NCBI RefSeq assembly: GCF_000281045.1
Contig: NW_008246081.1
Coordinates: 548,204-612,203, forward strand
DNA: 64,000 nucleotides
Source: Saprolegnia diclina VS20
Lineage: Eukaryota
Direction of reading: 5' to 3'
Part shown: piece by piece, positions 58,697-64,000 of the stretch
Numbering within the stretch: position 1 is the stretch's first letter
How the letters are laid out: every line of letters begins with the position of its first letter
Notes under the pieces: generated by a model
Database searches by the model: none
Told to the model about the DNA's origin: nothing
The model's input: the letters and a program-made list of their open reading frames with translations, nothing else
Position numbers and translations under genes: made by a program

Positions 58697-60619
58697 CTAG
58701 ACCCGCCATTCGTTGGCGACAACCGCTTGGTGTGGGGTTAGGGCTGTCGTCAGCAGCACCGCCAACGTGCCTTGAAACGCAGCGCTCGCATATTTCTTGC
58801 GCGCCGCACGCGCCACTGTCGCATCCATCGACGTACCGGCCGTCAAGAGTACCAAGTAGGCAACACCTGCGTCGTGTTCGGCGTCCAAGACGCAAAACCG
58901 GTCGATGGCGAGCGCCAGGTATGCGTGGCGCAAATGCATCGGCGTCGACGGGAGCGCCCACAAGGCAGCCGGAAGCGCCGGCGTGCCCCGCGGATGGAGC
59001 GCCATGACAGTAACAAGACGTGGTGTATGCTGCAAAAAAGAGAGCACCGCGGCCACGACCGATGACGGCAGCCGAGTCGCCAATGTAGCTTCGGCCTCCG
59101 GCGCGACGAGAGTACGATCGAGGCACGCCTCAAGACGCATGCCATCTACAAGCAAGGACGTATCGGGCGCGTAGTTTTGTACCCTCAGCTTTTGGAGCAT
59201 GGTCTGCCACCACGCCAGCGCGATCGTCCGCACCTGATGCCGCGCCTCGGGCACGGCGTCCAAGAGCCGCGACAGCACGTCGAGGCGGAACGTCATGCTG
59301 GTCGTGTCGCGCAAGTGATGAAGGAGCAGAAGCGACTGCGTTGCTCGGTACCGACGCGCTTCCGCAGTTGCGATCTCATCCGCCATGGCGTCAAATTCAC
59401 GCCAGTGGCAACTCATCAAGAACGTGTTGACGAGGACGGCGTCGCCATAGGTATTGAGCGCCGACGCCAGAGTCAAGAGAACGGTGTCGGTGCGAAGACT
59501 TGGTTTGTGTACGTCCGAGAGCAAGTAGCGTGTCGCCACCACAATGAGCTCACGTGTCGAGCCGTACCCGAGGTCGTCGTCCACGTCACCACGCACAGCG
59601 TCATCCAGTAAGCGAAGCGTGCGATCGAATCCAAGGACACAGACGCGAAGCATTTTGGGCCAAAAGACGAGGTACGCGTGAAAGGCAGGAACGTCCAGTG
59701 TAGCGCCGACGTCGAGGTCGATGAGCGCTTTGAGGGGCCGATCCCGGCACGCGTCTCGCACGATGGCCGGCGTCTTACATGCCGGATGGAACGACTCGGG
59801 CATGAACGCCGCATTCTCCAGTGCATTGCCTCGACCTCCTGCGCGGACAAATGCCACGTCAAAGCGTTTTTTTGCAAGCAGCCAGTCCACGAGCGCCTTG
59901 TCGCGGCCTCCTAGTGTCCCAAACGACGGTGCTGTACACGGTGTCTCGAGCACCGCCGCCACCGCCACGTGCGGCTGGCCCGCGTGCTTGACGATGGCCC
60001 GTTCGAGATAGTCGATCGAAGGCAGCGATGGCGGGCCAAACAGCCGCGTACCTAACGACGTAGGCTCGTAGACGGCATGGTACACGACGACGCCGCGGTG
60101 ACCCGACACGATGGGCGCCACCGAGACTGCGCAGGCGTTGAAGAAGGCGATGGTGTGTCCATCAAGCGCGTCATACGTTGTCGTCCGGCTGTCACAAGAT
60201 ATGGTGACGGCCCCGCCGACACTATCGGACGGCAGAAAATACACCAGCGTCGCAAAGGCCTCGGCTGGATAGGTTGCTGGCGTTAACGCCAACGCGGACC
60301 CGACGCTGTCAATGGCCACATGGGCAAATTCGAAGCGATTGCTGGCGGTGCTGCCGACAAGCTCATGGACAGCCTTGTGGCATTGGTTGGCGTCCGCAAA
60401 ATCGGGTGGAACCGCCGAGTCGATGACAACGGTTGCGTGGTTGGCCAACTGCGACGAGAGCGCAGCGAGCGACGCTGGTGAGAGCGGCCACGTGACGTCG
60501 ACGCCGCCTACGCTCATGTGCTTCTCCATAAGGCTCGCGACGGATGACGCGCCGTTGTCGCAGCGGACGCACTGGGGCATCCGGACGCGTTGCGCCAGCT
60601 CGGCCAGACTCATGACCAT
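58697..60619 (-). CDS. Uncharacterised protein with a degenerate 2OG-Fe(II) oxygenase-like domain (paralog 2)
   Basis: Colinear with 54225-56183: GVDVTWPLSP, FATLVYFLPSDSVGGAVTI, VAPIVSGHRG, LGGRDKALVDWLL, LVFWPK, HPRGTPALPAALWA. Confidence 0.75.
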   Translation of the reverse strand: MVMSLAELAQRVRMPQCVRCDNGASSVASLMEKHMSVGGVDVTWPLSPASLAALSSQLANHATVVIDSAVPPDFADANQCHKAVHELVGSTASNRFEFAHVAIDSVGSALALTPATYPAEAFATLVYFLPSDSVGGAVTISCDSRTTTYDALDGHTIAFFNACAVSVAPIVSGHRGVVVYHAVYEPTSLGTRLFGPPSLPSIDYLERAIVKHAGQPHVAVAAVLETPCTAPSFGTLGGRDKALVDWLLAKKRFDVAFVRAGGRGNALENAAFMPESFHPACKTPAIVRDACRDRPLKALIDLDVGATLDVPAFHAYLVFWPKMLRVCVLGFDRTLRLLDDAVRGDVDDDLGYGSTRELIVVATRYLLSDVHKPSLRTDTVLLTLASALNTYGDAVLVNTFLMSCHWREFDAMADEIATAEARRYRATQSLLLLHHLRDTTSMTFRLDVLSRLLDAVPEARHQVRTIALAWWQTMLQKLRVQNYAPDTSLLVDGMRLEACLDRTLVAPEAEATLATRLPSSVVAAVLSFLQHTPRLVTVMALHPRGTPALPAALWALPSTPMHLRHAYLALAIDRFCVLDAEHDAGVAYLVLLTAGTSMDATVARAARKKYASAAFQGTLAVLLTTALTPHQAVVANEWRV

Positions 60620-61194
60620 CTTTGCTGTGTGCCATTTCGCACACTCCGCAAGTCGAACAACATTCCTGAAAGCGTGAGTGATGGTGTTTTGGTGATGCCA
60701 CTCTGCCAGCTCACACTGCCGCATCGCGGTGTCCCTGGAAGCGAAGACTGGGGATCACATTGGTGGGGCTGCTGTTGAGAAGACTGTTTGAACGAGGGTA
60801 GGTTCGAACTACGTACAGCGTCCAAGCGCTAATATGATGAACTGGAGGCGTGGTACAGTGACATTGCTGATCGGACGCTGTCGGCAAATGCCATCATGAC
60901 AAGACGATGGGGCTCGCTTGAACCGAGTCCCAAAAGATGCAAGTCTTGCCTAGTATCAGACCCACGCTCGAATATCCTGGGAAATGATAATGACCTGTGC
61001 TCGGTGAGATTGCAGCAGCGTATCAATGAGAAACGTACCCTTGATCACCATCGACAGTAGTCACGCGATTGTAGGTTTGTAAAATCCAAGAGCACGATCC
61101 CGTCAGTCGACATTTCCTCACGTCAACTGGGACAAAGCTTCTTCGCTAAAGTTAGCTCACAAGTCGGCGCTTGATTGAAACGAACGCGGCGCGA

Positions 61195-62956
61195 ATGGAG
61201 TCGACCAACAATGGTCTGGACGCCTCTCGATGATTGCGGAGGCTAAGGGCAATGTAGACAGCGCGTCCAGCGCCAACCCGTTCACGCTGCCGTCGGACGA
61301 AGAGGTCTTTCGTATGCGCGACGACATCAAGCGCCGCAAGGACGAGGACCGTGAGCGCAATGCGCGGCTCAAGATCCACGAAAAGCTCACCAACTCGTCC
61401 AAGCGCGGCAACATTCGCCGGTTCAAATTCGACGACAGCGTCCGTCCCTGTACCTCGTCTTGCGTTTTCACATATATTTGACGTGCAGGCGCCCGACATG
61501 GTCAACGTCGCCCAGTCCAAGCAGACGCGGGGGCTCGTCGCGGCGGCGACCGCGGCCATCTCGAGCGACCGCCGCCGGGAGAAGGAGAACATGGCCGACT
61601 TTATTGCGAAGAAGCGGGAAATGTTCCTTGTCCAGGTCGGAAATCCTCGACAACCAACAACATGTCATGGCCGCACCGTAGATGTCGCTCGACACCAAGC
61701 GCGAAGAGATTCGGAAGCTCGAAGAGAAGGCGCAGCTCAAAGAAGAGGCGCTCAAGAAGAGCGAGCTCATGCTCGAGGAAGACGCCGTGCGCTTCGACAC
61801 GTTCCTCAAGGAGAACGACAAGAAGGCGCACGAAGCCATCAAGAAGGCCGAGAAGGAAACCAAAGCCAAAGCCGACCGCGTCCAGGAGATCAAAAAGCTC
61901 AACCAGCAAATCCAGCTCGTGCAAAGCGACATGTCCAAGCTCAAGGAGCAGCTCGACGACTGCCTGAAATACAAGGCGTTTCTCGACGAGCTCACGCCGC
62001 CCGAGTGGGAAGCCGAGCAAATGGAGCGCAAGAAGAAGCGGCAGCAAGATCGCTTGCGGAAGAAGAAGGCCAAGGCCATGGCCGAGTGGGAAGCGATCCG
62101 CGGCCGAGCGCTCGCCGAGCAAGAGGAGCGGGATCGCGCGGCCGAGCGGGCGGCCGAAAAGGACGGCAAGAGCAAGAAAAAGGCCGAGAAACCCAAAGCG
62201 GCGGTCGCGTCCAGCGCTGTGCCGCCCATGCCCGCGGTCGACGACATGGCGGCCACGAGCAGCGGCGAAGAGCTGCCCATGTACTTTCAGAACCCGCAGC
62301 AGCTGCTCGACATCTTTACAGCGCTCGAAGAAAGCAACTTGTTTTTGATTCAAAACAGTCAAGAGACGGAGCAGTCGCTCGAAGAGCTCAAGCAAAATTA
62401 CCGCGAGACCAAGAAAAAAATGAACAAAAAGACCCAAGTGCTCAAACAAAACATTGACGACCTCCGCGAGCAAATCAACGCCGAAGACGAGAAGGCCAAC
62501 CATCTACGGCAGCGCGCCATGGCCGGGACTGGCGAAAACGTCCAAGAGCGCATGCTGCAAGAACTCCACGACAAGGTCCTCGAAGTGTACCAGCGCTGCG
62601 GGTTCGAAGCCGACTCGAACCCGAACACGCTCTTCATGCTCACGGACCTTGAGGCGCGGCTCGAAGATTTGCTCAGCGCGATCGAGCACATGCCCGAGGA
62701 CTATGTCGTCAAAGCCGAGAAGGAAAAGGAAAAGGAGCGCCGCGAACGCGTGCGGCAAGAGCGCATTGCGCAGCAAACCAAAATGTACGAAGAGCGCATG
62801 AAGAAGTCCATGGAACGCAGCATGCAAGCGCCCAAAAAGCGCAAGGGCCGCCAAGTCATGTGGCGGTCGCAGCCCCAGCGACAGATCAAACAGCAAGACA
62901 ACGACAACCACGTCAACGACGACGACCAAGCCGACCAACAACACTTTCGGTGGTAA
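61195..62956 (+). CDS. CFAP100: Cilia- and flagella-associated protein 100 (CCDC37, DUF4200), 4 exons
   Basis: NPFTLPSDEEVFRMRD, FIAKKREMFLVQMSLDTKREEI, LEEDAVRFDTFLKEND, YKAFLDELTPPEW, PMYFQNPQQLLDIFTALEESNLFLIQNSQETE and KKRKGRQVMWRS. Confidence 0.92.
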
Positions 62957-63284
62957 CCCTGTTTATAAACGATAGTCCCGCTTCGTTTGCAGCGTATTTT
63001 GATGCACAGACAATATATACACAATGCTCGATTGACCAAACAACATTAGTGTCAAGCCAAAAGCCGTCGAATGCATTCACGAGGTGGTGGCTGGTGTACA
63101 TTCTTAGCACCATGGAAACGAAAATGAAGCCACTTCCGTCTCTTGACACGTTGGCGGTGCCGCCATGCATACCGGTGCACAAAATGGCGGCGCCAAGATG
63201 GCACGGTCGACCACGCGCCCTTGTCACGCAACTGTCTCGAACTCCGTGGCGTCGACATTGACGCCCCGAATTAGCACTTGTGAA

Positions 63285-63416
63285 ATGGCGCCAACGTTCC
63301 GCAACGACATTCGCAACGTCGGGGGCCGTGATGGCATCTACGATGAGAAGGTCAACCACCAGCTCAAGCTCATGAGCATCAACCCTATCGCAGGTATCTT
63401 CCGGTATCCTAGTTAG
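63285..63416 (+). pseudogene. Short coding-like fragment of unknown parent
   Basis: MAPTFRNDIRNVGGRDGIYDEKVNHQLKLMSINPIAG has strong C/G third-position bias within otherwise non-coding-looking DNA. Confidence 0.25.
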
Positions 63417-64000
63417 CGTCGATGCTGTCGCCTCATATAGGCAGCACGGTGACGCGACCACCGCTCTCGCCCCTCGCGCGGCTTCGTACGCAGAGTGTTT
63501 TTGCGATTGCGCCGTCTCACACCCGATAGGAGCCCAACGCCGTCACTTGCCACCGCGAAATACGACCCCCACCCCCTTGTACAGTCTGCTTCCATAAGAA
63601 GCGACAACGACTACGTTTTGATAGCGCCAAACGACTGAGTCGAAATCGCAAGTCCCAAGAGCGCCACGAGACACGCGAACACCTCCAGAACATCCACGTC
63701 ATGATGAAGAAGATTCTGTGTTACGACGCTGTAGCTGCTCCTACTGCTTTGCTTCTCGGTCACGGGTTTGGTAGAAAAAGCCTGTCGTCGCAGCGAGCCC
63801 GCGCCCCCCCAAAGCACCCGACGACCTCGCCCTTGTGTGGCGCAATGGGTTTAGCCTGCCAGTACCAACAACCACGTGGGCACAGGTGGTACATACGAAT
63901 GGTGTTAGGATACGGTGGCCCCCGCTATCGACGTGGAAGCCTCGCGTCGTCTCTATCTGACCAAACAGTAGAGCGGCGCTTCGATTTCGAGTCGCAAATG

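Noticed and set aside
60765..60825. tRNA-like GGTTCGAA hairpin followed by CCA
   Set aside because: No D-arm, anticodon arm or proper 7-bp acceptor stem can be built.

Overview
Eukaryotic, GC-rich and gene-dense genomic DNA with very short (about 40-50 nt) GT-AG introns, oomycete-like INR/FPR promoter matches and axonemal genes. It is most consistent with a Saprolegniaceae oomycete (Saprolegnia-like); this is inferred from gene content and style, not from a search. There is one assembly gap (1155-1918). I can support about 28 protein-coding genes. Housekeeping genes: GNPDA/nagB, PAF1, TFIIE-alpha, TRMT2A, MMADHC, XPD/ERCC2 and ubinuclein. Axonemal genes: CFAP100 and a CFAP95-like microtubule inner protein. 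Others: three giant armadillo-repeat proteins, a full-size PDR/ABCG transporter, GNAT and HXXXD (BAHD-like) acyltransferases, a truncated-globin-like protein, two C2 proteins, two degenerate 2OG-Fe(II) oxygenase-like proteins and an internally duplicated giant membrane protein. The most notable observations are: (1) three paralogous P450s with mitochondrial-type presequences and animal mitochondrial-clan-like motifs, two of them next to the PDR exporter; (2) a probable five-bladed beta-propeller inserted inside TRMT2A; (3) two tandem genes joined by an ATGA stop/start overlap; (4) patchy near-identity at the 5' ends of two otherwise divergent ARM paralogs; (5) a recurrent CCGGATAC upstream motif. 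I found no rRNA, tRNA, CRISPR array or intact transposon. Coordinates of multi-exon genes are start-to-stop spans read by hand.
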